A stretch of DNA of 63,790 bases, counting the filler, from Limisphaerales bacterium (GTDB taxonomy: Bacteria > Verrucomicrobiota > Verrucomicrobiia > Limisphaerales > SIBE01), in NCBI GenBank assembly GCA_044225505.1. It is 8 parts of 8 records of this genome, joined end to end, with 100 filler letters (N's around TTAATTAATTAA, not from the genome) between each part and the next. Parts side by side here need not be neighbours in the genome. Positions count along the whole stretch, not along the records: positions 35,485 to 44,097 come from JBGAIN010000258.1; positions 44,198 to 52,805 come from JBGAIN010000259.1; 6 more parts are not named here. One strand, written 5' to 3'. Made by a program: the position numbers and the translations under genes. Each line of letters opens with the position of its first letter. The stretch's first letter is position 1. This document shows, piece by piece, positions 36,064 through 48,360 of this stretch. The notes under the pieces are model-generated. The model was not told the origin of the DNA. It made no database searches and saw only the letters and a program-made list of their open reading frames with translations.

Positions 36064-38625
36064 ATGCAACCTTCTGCCCTGACTCGAGGAGTTCGCCTGC
36101 CCAGTCTTCAGGTTTCGGTAGTGTGCGCGTCCGGAATATTTCAGCTGCTATGGAGTGCGTGCTGGGCCGCAGCCCCAGCCATTGTCCACGACGCGAGCCA
36201 TCGACAAGTCACAATGGCCGATGCCGGGCAGAATCTCGTGCTGCGTCTCAACTATGGGATTCCCTGCCGAATCGACCGGGTCTTTGTGGGCGGACGCGAT
36301 GTCATCGATCCCGGCAAGGGGGTCTCCACCGGATTCCAGGTCGGGCAGGAATGGTTTCGTGCCGCGACGGACCTGGACGAACCCCGCGTGTCGGTGACTT
36401 CGAACCTCGTGACCGTAAGCGACATTCGGCTGGGAGGCGAGAAAGCCGGGGCGACAGAAACCTGGCGATTTACAGTGCAGAACGACGCCATCGTTTGGCG
36501 AATCGATAGAACCTATAACGCCGCCGCGACTCTCGAGGAGAGCGCTCTTCCAAGCTGGCACTTTCAGGATATGAACACCTGGACAGGAGGATTGTTAGGA
36601 CACGGCGGAGTCGCGTGGTGCAAGCTCTTCGATCGGCCGGGCGCTTCCTACGGCGTCCACAATGGGAAAGTGACTTTCTGGCACAAAGAACAGCCGAGAT
36701 GCTTGCGCCTGTTTGCCGCCTCTCCGAGCGGTAGCCGGATCGCGGCGCGTTATAGCCGCCATTTAGACGGCAGCTTCTCCTGCGACTACACCGTCAGCGA
36801 CCAGGAAATGCTCCCTCGCTATGGGCTATCGCGCTTTCGGCCGGATCGACAGGATATCTGGCAACCATTTGCGGTTCGTCCCGGAGTGATGAGTATGGAG
36901 CTCACCATGAGTGCCCCCGCGTATGACGAAGCATACGATCGCGGAGTGTTCCCAAGCTTGGACGGCGGTGCCATCCGAGAAATATGTCATACCATTGCTC
37001 GGATCGGAGCGATCGACGAGTTGATTATGGGAAGCAACGGGTACTACAGCGGATTTGCCGTGCTCCATGAGCCGTGGTTGGCACAGCTAGGTCTGCCGCT
37101 CAACGAGCCAGATTACTTCCGAGCGTTTGGCGAAACCTTGGAGTTTCAACGCCAGTACGCCATCGGCGCGGATGGACGGGTCAAGTCACGCTGGGGTGCG
37201 AGGCCCGGCGATGAGATGCCCGGCACCTACGATGACCATGGGTTTTACGAATGCCAATGGGGCTGGCTGATGGATGCGCAAACCAGCTGGGTCATCAATG
37301 TCGCAGACCAATTCGACTTTAGCGGGGACCACGCTTGGCTGGAACGGCAAAAGGCAAGCACGGAAAAAGTCCTGGGATACATTTTGGCTCGCGATCTTGA
37401 TGGCGATGGCTTGGTCGAGATGATGACGGCTTCCCACAAGGAGGCTCGCGGGAGCGACTGGATCGATGTCGTCTGGGCTGCGCACGAGAACGCTCTCGTC
37501 AACGCTCAACTTTATTTCGGCTTGCGACGTTGGTCAGACATGGAGGAGCTGCTCCACGACCCCGCGCAGGCACGGCGATATACCGAAGCAGCGGACAAAT
37601 TAAAGCACCGTTTCAACCAATCGACGAAAGAGGGGGGGTTCTGGGAAACGCAGCAGGGCTGTTATGCTTACTGGCGCAACCAGGACGATACCATTCACGG
37701 CACGAACTGGGTGGTTCCGGTCAACTTCTCGGCCATTGGTTACGGTCTTTGTGACGATCCTGAGCGACGCCGTAGCGTGTTAGATCGCTTTGAGTCCGTA
37801 ATGCAACGTCAACAGCTCTTCTTTTGGCCCCTGTCCTTTTACTCCTATGCAAAGGAGGAAGGTCATCCCAAGGTGAACTGGCCATTTCCAAGCTACGAGA
37901 ACGGAGATTTCTTTCTGGCTTGGGGCGAGCTGGGTACCCGCGCCTATGCCGCATACAAACCGGAGATCGCCGTTAAGTACATCCGCAATGTTCTCCAGCG
38001 TTACAACCAGGATGGCCTTTCATTCCAACGTTACTTGCGTCAAACACAAGCTGGTGCCGGCGACGACATTCTGGCCAACAACAGTAGTATCGTCGTGGGC
38101 TTATATCGCAACATCTATGGTTTGCAGCCCAAATATAACCGCCTCTATCTCGAGCCGCATTTGGTTCCAGAACTCAACGGCACGCGATTGATATACCAAC
38201 TGCGAGGCCAGCGGTATGACGTCGAACTCCGGACAAACGACTTCGCCGTCAGTGTGAACGGCTTTACCGTGCACGGTCGCGAACCGTTTGCCGTCCGCAG
38301 CGATGGGCTCGTGCTGGAATATTTTAGCGGCGCCACCACCAACCACAGTCTCGTTATCACCACGACGCGCTCTGCGCCGCTGAATTTGAACGTGCGGACG
38401 TGGCCGCTATCCCCTTCTGTCCAACGCGCGTGGAGTGTGAATAGCATTCCGGCAGGAATGACTTTGCGCCAAACCATCACTGGGCTGTCGCCGGGCTTGA
38501 ATTACATTGTAGCAGTCGGCGATAACCCTAAGAGCGTGCTGCGCAGCGATGCATCCGGCCGCCTGGACTTTGAGAGCAAGCGATCGGATGGGGCGCCCAT
38601 GGAGTTTGCATTGTGGCAAGAGTGA
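36064..38625 (+). CDS. Secreted six-hairpin (alpha/alpha)6 glycoside hydrolase-like protein
   Basis: Signal-like N-terminus; [33 protein letters not shown] motifs. GH family not assignable by eye. Confidence 0.65.
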   Translation: MQPSALTRGVRLPSLQVSVVCASGIFQLLWSACWAAAPAIVHDASHRQVTMADAGQNLVLRLNYGIPCRIDRVFVGGRDVIDPGKGVSTGFQVGQEWFRAATDLDEPRVSVTSNLVTVSDIRLGGEKAGATETWRFTVQNDAIVWRIDRTYNAAATLEESALPSWHFQDMNTWTGGLLGHGGVAWCKLFDRPGASYGVHNGKVTFWHKEQPRCLRLFAASPSGSRIAARYSRHLDGSFSCDYTVSDQEMLPRYGLSRFRPDRQDIWQPFAVRPGVMSMELTMSAPAYDEAYDRGVFPSLDGGAIREICHTIARIGAIDELIMGSNGYYSGFAVLHEPWLAQLGLPLNEPDYFRAFGETLEFQRQYAIGADGRVKSRWGARPGDEMPGTYDDHGFYECQWGWLMDAQTSWVINVADQFDFSGDHAWLERQKASTEKVLGYILARDLDGDGLVEMMTASHKEARGSDWIDVVWAAHENALVNAQLYFGLRRWSDMEELLHDPAQARRYTEAADKLKHRFNQSTKEGGFWETQQGCYAYWRNQDDTIHGTNWVVPVNFSAIGYGLCDDPERRRSVLDRFESVMQRQQLFFWPLSFYSYAKEEGHPKVNWPFPSYENGDFFLAWGELGTRAYAAYKPEIAVKYIRNVLQRYNQDGLSFQRYLRQTQAGAGDDILANNSSIVVGLYRNIYGLQPKYNRLYLEPHLVPELNGTRLIYQLRGQRYDVELRTNDFAVSVNGFTVHGREPFAVRSDGLVLEYFSGATTNHSLVITTTRSAPLNLNVRTWPLSPSVQRAWSVNSIPAGMTLRQTITGLSPGLNYIVAVGDNPKSVLRSDASGRLDFESKRSDGAPMEFALWQE

Positions 38626-38683
38626 ATGATGACACGCCGCGCGTGAGGCACCTCACGGCCGTCGAGAGCGTACGGTGATCAAT

Positions 38684-40849
38684 TCAACTGCCCATGCTTT
38701 GGGTGGGAGCGGAGCCGGCTATACAGCATCGCACAGCCTCAAGGAGAATTTGCGGAGTATACGGCTTCGGCATGAAATGGATTCGACCAACGTCCCCTTC
38801 TTCCACATTCAGAAGATCTGAACTATAGCCGCTCGTGAACAATACCTTTAAGTCCGGCCGCCCGGCCTTAAGTTGGAGCGCCAGTTCCTGCCCGGTCATT
38901 CCATCCGGCATCACCAAATCGGTTAAGAGAACGTCTATCCGGGAACCTTCTTTTCTCCAGGCTTCCAGCGCCTCCTTGCCTGAGGCAGCCGGAATTACGT
39001 GGTAACCGTAACGCTCCAGGACAATCTGGCAAAGAGAGCGCAACGGAGGCTCGTCCTCGACTAAAAGCACGGTCTCGCTGCCGCTTGCGGTCACACCAGG
39101 CGCTCGAACCACCGGTGGAAGCACTTGAACATGACTCTTCTCACACGCCGGCAGCAGGATTCTAAAAGTCGCGCCTTGGCCCGGTTGGCTTTCCACCTCA
39201 ATGAAGCCTTGGTGGAGTTTGACGATGCCATACACCGTCGCCAAACCCAGCCCTGTGCCTTTACCCACGGCTTTGGTAGTATAGAACGGCTCAAAAATGT
39301 GAGGTAATACCTCAGGATCAATGCCACACCCAGAATCGGCGACCGTTAGACAGACGTATTTTCTCGTGACGCGTTCGGAGGCAGCTCGGGAGTCATCGAT
39401 TGCCCTTTCCCTGGTGGAAACTTGAATTGTGAGTCGACCGCCATGCGGCATGGCATCACGCGCGTTGGTCGCAAGATTGAGCACAATTTGCTCTGTCATC
39501 GTGCGATCCGCCTGGACCATCAGGTTTCGTTCGTCGCCCTGCACTTCCAGCGAGATATCTTCTCCCAGAACTCGACAGAGCATTTTGGCAAGTCGATCAA
39601 TGACCTCAGCAAGATTCAGCAACTCGCGTCGCATGACCTGTCGGCGACTATAAGCCAGCAACTGACGGGTCAAATCGGCAGCACGATCCGCCGCCTCCGC
39701 GATCTGACTGACCGGCCCGATAAGCCTTGCCGGGATCTCGCGATCATCCAGGGCTAAGGCCGCATAACTTCGGATGATGGTTAAGAGGTTATTGAAATCA
39801 TGGGCAACACCACCGGCTAACTGCCCGATCGCTTCCATTTTCTGCGACTGCCGGAGCTGTTCCTCAAGTTGCCTGAGCTCCGTTACGTCGGTGTAAGCGC
39901 CAACGACCTCACGCGCTGTCCCGTCGTCGGACCGTAAGACTCTGGCCTGGTCACGAATCCAGCGAAACGACTCGTCCGCATGGCGTAGTCGATACTCTAA
40001 GGTCCAACCGCCAGTTTCGTTCCAAACATTAAGGTCTGCTGCTATTCGGCTTTGATCCTCGGGAAACAGATTTTGTTGACGCCAGTTTGGCTTGGTCCAT
40101 TGTGCAAAGCTCCAACCTAGCATTGAGCTTAGATTCTCGCTGACCCAGCTGGGAACTAGCTGGTTGCCGATGACGCGGAGTGAGTAAATCACCACCGGGC
40201 TAGCCGCGAGAAAGTGGCTCAGTTGTCGCTGAGTGCTTTGCAGAGCCTCGGCAGCGCGCTTGCGCTCGTCGATTTCACGGCGCAGCCGTTCGTTGACTAC
40301 GTTCAATTCGGCAGTCCTGGAAGCAACGGTGGATTGGAGGTCCCTCAGTGCCGTCTTTGACGCTTGCAGCAACTGCCATTTCTCAGTCAAAGCGTTCGCC
40401 AACTGTAGAACTTCGGCAGTATCGAACGGTTTTTTCAATATTAGCATTTGGTCAGACGATCCGAGCCTCTGGATGATCTGCTCCACGGAGTAGTCCGAGT
40501 GGGCCGTGCAGATAACCACATGCAAGTCCGGGTCCACTTTCCACAGTTCCGCGGTCGTCTCGATTCCGTCCAAGCCTGGAGGCATCCGAACATCCACAAA
40601 AGCGAGCGCATACGGCCGACGCTCTCCCAGCGCCTGGCGGACCCGCATCAGCCCTTCCGTGCCTTGGTACGCGGAATCGACCTCAAACGGAACACGGACT
40701 GTCTCCGCGGCCTGAACCTCAAACAGCAGAGCCTCCGCTTCGGCCAAGCCCTGTCTGCCAGCGCCTACGAGCGGTCCCACGAGAATCTTCCGGAAGTCCG
40801 CGTGGATGTCTCGATTGTCATCAACAACCAAAATCCGACGGTTCTTCAT
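38684..40849 (-). CDS. Hybrid sensor kinase/response regulator (REC-PAS-HisKA-HATPase-REC)
   Basis: [50 protein letters not shown]. Start could be 40879 or 40915. Confidence 0.92.
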   Translation of the reverse strand: MKNRRILVVDDNRDIHADFRKILVGPLVGAGRQGLAEAEALLFEVQAAETVRVPFEVDSAYQGTEGLMRVRQALGERRPYALAFVDVRMPPGLDGIETTAELWKVDPDLHVVICTAHSDYSVEQIIQRLGSSDQMLILKKPFDTAEVLQLANALTEKWQLLQASKTALRDLQSTVASRTAELNVVNERLRREIDERKRAAEALQSTQRQLSHFLAASPVVIYSLRVIGNQLVPSWVSENLSSMLGWSFAQWTKPNWRQQNLFPEDQSRIAADLNVWNETGGWTLEYRLRHADESFRWIRDQARVLRSDDGTAREVVGAYTDVTELRQLEEQLRQSQKMEAIGQLAGGVAHDFNNLLTIIRSYAALALDDREIPARLIGPVSQIAEAADRAADLTRQLLAYSRRQVMRRELLNLAEVIDRLAKMLCRVLGEDISLEVQGDERNLMVQADRTMTEQIVLNLATNARDAMPHGGRLTIQVSTRERAIDDSRAASERVTRKYVCLTVADSGCGIDPEVLPHIFEPFYTTKAVGKGTGLGLATVYGIVKLHQGFIEVESQPGQGATFRILLPACEKSHVQVLPPVVRAPGVTASGSETVLLVEDEPPLRSLCQIVLERYGYHVIPAASGKEALEAWRKEGSRIDVLLTDLVMPDGMTGQELALQLKAGRPDLKVLFTSGYSSDLLNVEEGDVGRIHFMPKPYTPQILLEAVRCCIAGSAPTQSMGS

Positions 40850-40853
40850 CGAA

Positions 40854-43800
40854 TCACTTTTCGACTTGCTGGTAGGCATGGGTATCGATTGGGTGCCGTT
40901 CGGAACCTGTGTCATCTTTAGGCACTTTAAATTGGCGCGCAGTGGGCTGCGAATGACTCGGGTTCAATGGTAGTTCCAGAGTAAAAGTCGCGCCTTGAGC
41001 AATGCCATCGCTTTGCGCAACGAGAGCTCCCCCTAACTCGCGGGCGGCGAGGACGCCGCTATGCAGGCCAAACCCATGACCATCCTGGCGAGTGGTAAAC
41101 CCGTGGTTAAAAATCCTCGTGAGATTCTCCGCAGGAATCCCAACTCCGTTATCAATAACGACCACGCGAACACTCTGCTCGGCTAGGACAACTCTCACGC
41201 AGATCGATTTCCGCGAGTGGAGAGAGGCTTCGCAAGCATAACGCGCATTTTGGACCAGATTCGCGAGGATCTGGAGGACTTTATGTTTCTGAGTTGTAAT
41301 TTCAACGTTCGGAGATGGATAGTCTCGCACGAGTTCAACACCGGCTTTCTCTAGATCGAGAGACTGCAAGCGCAAGACATCCTCGACCAGATCGACAACT
41401 CGGATGACCTCGGTGACCCCCGAAACTCGGGCGTATTCCTGTTGCATTACTACAATCTCCTTGATGCGTTCGATGTTGTTTCGAACGAGCGAGGCCTCAT
41501 TGACCAGAACACTCTGTTCTTTCGCCAGGCGTTCACCCAATTGTTCCAGGTAAGGGACTACCTGGCGTCCACGCGTGTCTGAGGTTAAGAACGCTGCAAG
41601 GTCCTTCTCGTGCTCGCGTAGCAAGACTGCAACCCGACTGATGCCTGGCAGTTTGGACTGATTCAGCGTATCGAGCAGGAGCGTTGCAGAGACATTGATG
41701 CTGTTTAGAACGTTACCGACATTGTGCAAAACACTACTTGCAACCTCCGCCATCCCTGCCAGGCGCGAGACCTCAAGGAGGGCGCTTTGCGTCTCCCGCA
41801 ACCTAACCTCTGCTTGTTTCCGTTCCGTGACATCCCGACTGATTCCCACCAGGCCAATCAATGCCCCGGCACCGTCCCGGAGAGGCGCTTTGATCGTGGA
41901 CACACAACGCGTTCGCCCCGCCTTATCGGGAAAAGTCTCCTCGAACTCGGGGCTGGGCAGTCCACTCTCAAGAACGCCTCGATCGGTCTCGCGACAACTT
42001 TGAGCATTCTCATCGCCGAACACCTCCTCAGATGTCTTCCCAATGTAGAATTCGGCGGGAGCCCCGTGGAATCGAGCGTGGGCTAGGTTTGTCAGCAGAT
42101 ACCGGCCGTGCAAGTCCTTGACGAAAACATTCTCCGGAAGATGGTCGATCAAGGTAGCCAGTAGATTCTTCTCCAACGCGAGTGATGCCGCCACTGCTTC
42201 GCGTTCGGAAAGTTCCTGGCGAATCACATCAGTTTGAGCTCGGACCTGCCGACGCAGCACCACGACCCAGCTCAAGACTCCGAAAAACAGGAACAGAGCC
42301 CCAATCCCCACGGCTAGCGTGTGCTGTAGCGACCACCAGGGCGGGGTCGTTATGATCTCGAGATCACTGGCATTTCGAAGGAGCAGCCGGAATGTCGCGG
42401 GGTGATGATCTTCTCCCCCTTGAACCTGGCATATCCCCCGCAGATTCAGGAGGCTGCCAGCCCGGAGCGTCTGCAGGTCTTCCAAGCCCACGGTGCTTTC
42501 CCAGCGCGCCGTGAAAATGACCGGTCCGTCTTGGAGCATCAGTTGGGGACTGGCCGACCGGGGCACATTTTGAATGAGCCGAGCCTGCATCTCCACCATC
42601 ATTCCATCGACGGCGCCGTTACGGAGAACCTGTTCGGCCACAACTCGCCGAGCCGCTGGCAAAGCGCGCCTGCCTTGGATGCGGAAGACAGCTTCTTCCA
42701 GACGGGGCGAATAATCTCCCAGCGAAGGAAATCCCAATACTTCCAATTCGTCTCCGGTCCGGACTTGGTTCGTCCATGCGGGAGTCACGTAGATTCCGCC
42801 CGAGGAATCTTGAAGATAAAAGCCCTGGAATGGCTGGGCTAGGGTCACTACGCCGCTCACCTTGACGCGGCCGCCCGCGAGACGATCCGACCCAAACGTA
42901 GCAACCGACTCGATCGGCGTGGCAGGCGATTCAAACGGTTTACTAAGCGCGGCGTCGATGACTCGGACGTGCTCTAACGAGGAGGTATTGAGAGTGACTC
43001 CGCGCAACTGCCGACGTCCGTTTAATTCCGAACTACACACGCCACTGACTTGCACTACGGCATCGATGAACGGCTCGAGTTTCTCACGCTCCATTCGTTG
43101 CGGCAGGATCACTTTGAACCGTCCTTGCCGACAGACTAAAGCCAAGGAAGTGTGCTCCTCCTGCACTTCAACTCTGCGAATAACTCCGCTTAAAGCGATC
43201 CAACGAGCGTCCCATTGGCCATCGAGCAGATCATTCAAATCGAGTTTGGCTGGCGATGGAAAGTTCGTTGTTCCCAGGATCGTGAAAACAGCGTCTCGCA
43301 CTTCAGGAGCAAATCCGCCCGTGCTTGTTCGACCAGTAACTTCGACCCACTGGCCGGCTTTCACATTAGGTTGTGAAAGGTCGGTATAGATCCCGGCGCC
43401 CTGGTCTTGGATAAATGCGTTTCTCCAAGATGCGTCCGCGTAAGTCACAACGCCTTGCAGCTTCACTGGGCGCCGTTGTCGAGCTTCGTCTCGACGCAAC
43501 TTGAGAACGTCCGAGATATGAGCAAGCTCAGCGGCTATTCCCCTGGGAAGAGGATCTTGGACGGGCGAAGCTTCGGCCGTTGAATCGCTCGGTGAAGTGT
43601 CGGTCACCTCAAATGCTGCATGGCGCAACGAAGCGCCATCCCTCCCGACGTTGAGGTAACCCCGAACGGCGACCCGCCCCCCCACCGGTGCGGGGGTCAG
43701 CTGTATGACCTCCGCTCGAATCTGCCCGGATGGGTCTTTGACTACCAGCCACCGGCCGGGTTGACTGGCCAGCACCACCCCACTGATCCGGAGCGGCTGG

Positions 43801-44097
43801 TTGGCCCAAAGTCCTAACTCTCGGTTCAACAACGTGCCGATCGAGATGACAGTTTCAGCTTTGGCAGAGAGCGTTGAACGTTCCAGAATCTCGATTTGGG
43901 CAAGACTGGGCGCCGTGACACTAGCTGACTCCAATTTGCCGTTGACCGCCTTACTCGCGTCGATTCCTTGGACCCTAATGGAGCAATCCAAGAGGCGTTG
44001 AGCGTCGTCCGGGCCCGCAGTGCCCATGACATACACCAAGCAATCGCGACCACGGTCGTGCAACCCGAGCGCCAGCCTCCCCCAACTCGTGTCAGCG
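40854..44097 (-). CDS. Membrane sensor histidine kinase with repeated extracellular OB-fold-like units and PAS (5'-truncated)
   Basis: Repeats such as VKLQGVVTY..FIQD..GIY; TM after PPWW; PAS; VLHNVGNVLNS; GHGFGLHS. Confidence 0.9.
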
Positions 44098-44197
44098 NNN
44101 NNNNNNNNNNNNNNNNNNNNNNNNNNNNNNNNNNNNNNNNNTTAATTAATTAANNNNNNNNNNNNNNNNNNNNNNNNNNNNNNNNNNNNNNNNNNNN
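44098..44197. other. Artificial contig linker
   Basis: N44-TTAATTAATTAA-N44. Confidence 0.99.
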
Positions 44198-44266
44198 TGG
44201 CAACTCAAACGTGGTGGTGGTTAATGGATGGGTCTGACTCATGGGTCTGCGCGCCAGATTACGACC

Positions 44267-44776
44267 CTACCAGCTTCCGTCGGCAAGGAGCGATGTTACG
44301 TTCCGAGCCAAGTCTTCTGCCAGCAAAGGCACCGCTTGACGTTCGGCGCTTGTCAGGTCTGGTCCAATCCGGATGGTGGTGCGGCCGCCAACCTCGCGAT
44401 CCAACAACACTTTTCCAGTTATCCGTTCGGTAGCGGTGACCTTGGCCGTCATGGTTATCTGAAAATCGCGCGGGGTAATCACATCTCGAGGATCAAAGGA
44501 AATCCCAGAGCGTTGATACCGCTTGATAACCCCGGTCACAACCAGATCCGCGTCTCCATGGGTGCTCAGGCGGTAAGTCCCATCCTGCTGCAAAGTCCGC
44601 CGCAGCGCGGTTCCTACCGCTTGCGTCAGGCGCGGTTCGAATGTCTCATTGCTAAAAAGGTCCACTCGAACCGAGCGAGCCCCCGCACTCTCTCCGTTGC
44701 TCGGTCCGAGCCGGTATCCGGCACATCCCGTCCCCAGCAAGACGGTCAATAGTATCGACCAAGCGTAAAAGCGCAT
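44267..44776 (-). CDS. lptE: LPS assembly lipoprotein LptE family
   Basis: Lipobox-like GTGC then AGYRLG; FSNETFEPRL; directly follows bamD. Confidence 0.75.
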   Translation of the reverse strand: MRFYAWSILLTVLLGTGCAGYRLGPSNGESAGARSVRVDLFSNETFEPRLTQAVGTALRRTLQQDGTYRLSTHGDADLVVTGVIKRYQRSGISFDPRDVITPRDFQITMTAKVTATERITGKVLLDREVGGRTTIRIGPDLTSAERQAVPLLAEDLARNVTSLLADGSW

Positions 44777-45766
44777 TTAATTCTGAGCTGTCTTTTTGGC
44801 GGCGTTTTGTTTGAGCGCATCGATCCGTTTCTTCGCCTCTTCCCCATATTTCGAGTTTGGATCGGCCACCAGCACTTCGTTGTAGTAGACTAAAGCTCCG
44901 CTCCACCGCTTCTTCTTTTCGTAGAACTGGGCGATCTTAAAGGCGCCACGCGCTTGCTCCTCTTTCAGGCCGTCAATCACCTTCTGCGCTTCCGGAACTC
45001 TGGGATCTTCCGGATAGAGGGCGATAAAGTCTGCGAACGTCGCAATGGCTTTGCCCGCGACACTTTGATCATACTCCGCCGTTTTCGCTTGTTTGTAGTA
45101 AGCTTCCCCAGCGCGATACAGAGCGTCGGCCGCCACGGGCTTTTGGTCGTGGTAGATATCCGCTGCTTTCTCGTAAGCCTTGACCGCCTTAGGATAGTTC
45201 GATTGTTTCTCTCGAGCGGAGCCGATATTCATCTGAGCTTGCGGAGCGACTTCGCTGTAAGGCCCATTCTTGATTACTTTCTCATACATCTCCGACGTCT
45301 TGTCCATCGATGGCAGAAACGGGATGTAGCCCCAAAGCCGGAACCATTTTCCTCCCAAATACCGGTTGGCGATGGCGTACTGTCGCTGCAAAACTTCCTC
45401 GTAATTAATGGCTTTAGGATACTTTTCGAGCAAGTTTTGATAGGCTTTAAACGCTTTTTCATCCTGCCCCTTTTCTTCGAGGCAGCGCGCCATCAAATAC
45501 TGCGCCTGCGGTGAATAATCCGAGAGTGGCCAAACCCGGACGGTTCGTCGCGCTGCCTTTAATGCGAGCTTTAAATCCTTCCGATCGAACGCTTGCTGGG
45601 CCACCTCCAACTGTTCCTTGGCACGAGTCCGTGTCCACTTGCCTCCTCCGACCGGTTCATAAGACCACCCCTCCCCAGCCCGATAAACCAGCGGTGCTGG
45701 TGTATTGAGCGGCAGCAGCAGCAAACAGAACGCCGCCAGGGCGAAACGAAGTATCCAACGAGTCAT
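44777..45766 (-). CDS. bamD: Outer-membrane assembly factor BamD (TPR protein)
   Basis: TPR helices; YDQSVAGKAIATFADFIALYP, IAQFYEKKKRWSGALVYY; adjacent to lptE. Confidence 0.8.
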   Translation of the reverse strand: MTRWILRFALAAFCLLLLPLNTPAPLVYRAGEGWSYEPVGGGKWTRTRAKEQLEVAQQAFDRKDLKLALKAARRTVRVWPLSDYSPQAQYLMARCLEEKGQDEKAFKAYQNLLEKYPKAINYEEVLQRQYAIANRYLGGKWFRLWGYIPFLPSMDKTSEMYEKVIKNGPYSEVAPQAQMNIGSAREKQSNYPKAVKAYEKAADIYHDQKPVAADALYRAGEAYYKQAKTAEYDQSVAGKAIATFADFIALYPEDPRVPEAQKVIDGLKEEQARGAFKIAQFYEKKKRWSGALVYYNEVLVADPNSKYGEEAKKRIDALKQNAAKKTAQN

Positions 45767-45920
45767 GGGGTGACGGTAATGAACGGAAAAACTCAAGTCA
45801 AGGCGGGGACCTGTAGGAACACACCCTCGCCAACCGAGGCGCCCGATGGGCGATCAATGATCGCTCAGGGCTGTCGATTCCACTTTATCCCGAAACGAGC
45901 CGCCCAGATCGATTGCCCGG

Positions 45921-46220
45921 TCAGGGGGCGGCAACCGACGCGTGCGAAGTCTGAACCGGTCCTGCGGCCGGCAAGTGCCCAGGAGACGAATGAATCAAGG
46001 AGTGGTAAATCTGGTCTTTCAACCAAGCCCTCCGCTTTTTCAACTCCTCGGTCTCCTGATCATTGGCGAACTCGATCTCCTCTTCAATTCGGTAGATCGC
46101 TTCATCCAACGTATGGTACTCGTCGTAGAATCGCCGGAACTGGTCGCTTCCCGCGCGAAGGCGCTTGATCGCGTCCCGATGTTCCGGAAATTCCCGCAGG
46201 ATCGGATGATGAAGGTCCAT
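45921..46220 (-). CDS. YdcH/DUF465 family protein
   Basis: EFPEHRDAIKRL...FRRFYDEYHTLD...LKKRRAWLKDQIY. Confidence 0.85.
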   Translation of the reverse strand: MDLHHPILREFPEHRDAIKRLRAGSDQFRRFYDEYHTLDEAIYRIEEEIEFANDQETEELKKRRAWLKDQIYHSLIHSSPGHLPAAGPVQTSHASVAAP

Positions 46221-46292
46221 AGACTTGTCCTGGTTAGTACTTAATTACAGCCATTCTAGTCTGGCCAGGAGTACAGTAAAGGGTTTCTTAAC

Positions 46293-47135
46293 CTAACTAC
46301 CGAATGTCTCGCCCACTTGGAACCGAGTAAACCGCCGGATCGTGATTTCGTCTCCAAGCTGCTTCTCCAATAAGGCGACATGCTCTTTCACTGTGATCTC
46401 GGAGTTCTTCTTAACAAACCCTTGATCAACAAGGCAAAAGGACTGGTAAAACTTCTCCAGCTTCCCTTCGACAATCTTGGCAATGGCCTGGGCTGGCTTG
46501 TTCTTCACTTGCTCCTCAGCGATCTCTTTTTCCTTGGCAATCAGCGCTGGATCTACCTGCTGGCGAGAGACCGCCACTGGATTGGCCGCCGCGATCTGCA
46601 AGGTGATGTCCTTCACCAATTGACGGAACCCGTCAGTCGCCACCGTTGCTTCTTTGCCAGCCCCGACTTCAACCAACACGCCAACCTTCGCGCCGGTGTG
46701 GATATATCCTCCGATCAGCCCATTACCCTGCACTTCCAACCGCTGGTGACGCGAGATGCGGATGTTCTCTCCCATCTTCGCGACCTGCGCCGTGCGCATC
46801 GCTTCGATATCGGCGCCCGGGTTTACCGCAATGGTTTTCGCGATCTCATCGCAAAACGCCCGAAACTGGTCATTTTTTGCTACGAAGTCCGTTTCGCAAT
46901 TCACTTCTACAATAACGCCTTGGCGCGCCCCAGACGGGATATGTTGCGCAATGACCCCCTCTTTGGCTTCACGCGACGCTTTCTTGGCCGCCGTCGCAAC
47001 CCCTCGTTTCCGCAACACGTCCACCGCCGTCTCCAGATCGCCTCCGGCTTCGGCCAACGCTTTCTTGCAGTCCATCAAACCAGCGTTCGTGAGTTCGCGC
47101 AGTTTGCCCACCAATGCCGCAGTAATTTCTGCCAT
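46293..47135 (-). CDS. tsf: Elongation factor Ts
   Basis: LRELTNAGLMDCKKAL, EVNCETDFVA; downstream of rpsB. Confidence 0.97.
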   Translation of the reverse strand: MAEITAALVGKLRELTNAGLMDCKKALAEAGGDLETAVDVLRKRGVATAAKKASREAKEGVIAQHIPSGARQGVIVEVNCETDFVAKNDQFRAFCDEIAKTIAVNPGADIEAMRTAQVAKMGENIRISRHQRLEVQGNGLIGGYIHTGAKVGVLVEVGAGKEATVATDGFRQLVKDITLQIAAANPVAVSRQQVDPALIAKEKEIAEEQVKNKPAQAIAKIVEGKLEKFYQSFCLVDQGFVKKNSEITVKEHVALLEKQLGDEITIRRFTRFQVGETFGS

Positions 47136-47202
47136 ATGAAAATTGACGAGATTGTTTCCGACTTTCTACCCGTTTCCTTTGTCCTGGAGCAGAAGCTCAG
47201 GC

Positions 47203-48012
47203 TTACACGGAAGCAGGAGCCGGGGCGGCCACCGCCGGTGCCGTTTCCACGGGGGCGCTTTCAGGCGCGACTGCCTCTGGCGCGGCCGCTGCGACCTCCG
47301 CCGTCTTGCGTCGCCCGTACTTGGCTTCGTACTCAGCGCGCGCCTGCATGATTGTTTGCACGATCACGGTTAAGATAAGCCGCACCGAGCGAATCGCGTC
47401 GTCATTGCCAGCAATCGGAAAATCAACAAGATCCGGATCGCAATTGGTGTCAACGATCGCCACGATTGGGATCTTCAAACGTCGAGCTTCAGCCACGGCA
47501 TTGTGCTCGCGTTTGATATCCACCACAAAGAGTGCATCCGGAAGCGACTCCATCGTCCGAATACCGTCCAAATTCTTAAACAGGCGGGCCGCCTCGCGTC
47601 GGAGAGCAGCTTGCTCCTGTTTGACGTAGTTGCTCATCGTCCCGTCGGTTTCCATCTTTTCGATATGATGGAGGCGACCGAGCGAACGCTTGATGGTCTT
47701 CAAGTTTGTGAGCGTCCCACCCAGCCAGCGTTCCGTCACATAGAGCTGACCGCACGATTTCGCAGACTCTTTAACCGCTTCTTGCGCTTGCTTCTTGGTC
47801 CCCACGAAGAGTGCGCGTCCCCCTTTAGCAATGGTCTTGCTAAGGAATTCACAGGCTGCCTCCAAGCCGGCCAACGTCTTGCTTAAGTCGATGATGTAGA
47901 TGCCGTTGCGTGCATCGAAGATAAACTTCTTCATCTTCGGATTCCAACGCTTGGTTTGGTGACCGAAGTGCACTCCCGCTTCCAACAACTCTTTAACTCC
48001 GATATTAATCAC
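47203..48012 (-). CDS. rpsB: 30S ribosomal protein S2
   Basis: LLEAGVHFGHQTKRWNPKM, ERWLGGTLTN, DTNCDPD, GNDDAIRS. Confidence 0.98.
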   Translation of the reverse strand: MINIGVKELLEAGVHFGHQTKRWNPKMKKFIFDARNGIYIIDLSKTLAGLEAACEFLSKTIAKGGRALFVGTKKQAQEAVKESAKSCGQLYVTERWLGGTLTNLKTIKRSLGRLHHIEKMETDGTMSNYVKQEQAALRREAARLFKNLDGIRTMESLPDALFVVDIKREHNAVAEARRLKIPIVAIVDTNCDPDLVDFPIAGNDDAIRSVRLILTVIVQTIMQARAEYEAKYGRRKTAEVAAAAPEAVAPESAPVETAPAVAAPAPASV

Positions 48013-48213
48013 AGATTTCCTTTGGTTCGAAGCTCACCTATCTGGTGAACCATCCCGCGGAACACGGGATTTTCTTTAATGTTGTTATGGCCACCCAGGC
48101 TGACTCAGGCCGAGGCTCAATTGAGGCCGTTTCCACAACCGATTCTGATCTCCCAGCGTATCGCCAGAATCTCAAAAGGGGTCAGACCATACCAAAGAAC
48201 GCTTCGATCGCAA
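48013..48213 (-). promoter_or_regulatory. Putative rpsB sigma-70 promoter and ~165-nt structured 5' leader (candidate S2 autoregulatory element)
   Basis: Minus strand TTGCGA (48213-48208), 16 nt, TG-n-TATGGT (-10 at 48191-48186). Leader hairpins GATTCTG/CAGAATC, ATCCCG/CGGGAT, GGTTC/GAACC. Confidence 0.5.
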
Positions 48214-48360
48214 CGTTTATTTTCTCGGTTTCTGCGAACGCAGTGCTCGATCTCGGCTCAACCTCCGGATGAGCGCCGCAGCGCGCTCACGATACTCGGA
48301 ACGTCACGGTCGCGCGCAAGGAACGTCGGTGCAATCGAGTCGGACTCGAAACGCTCGTTT

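Noticed and set aside
46380..47351. 323-aa plus-strand ORF
   Set aside because: Antisense to tsf and rpsB.
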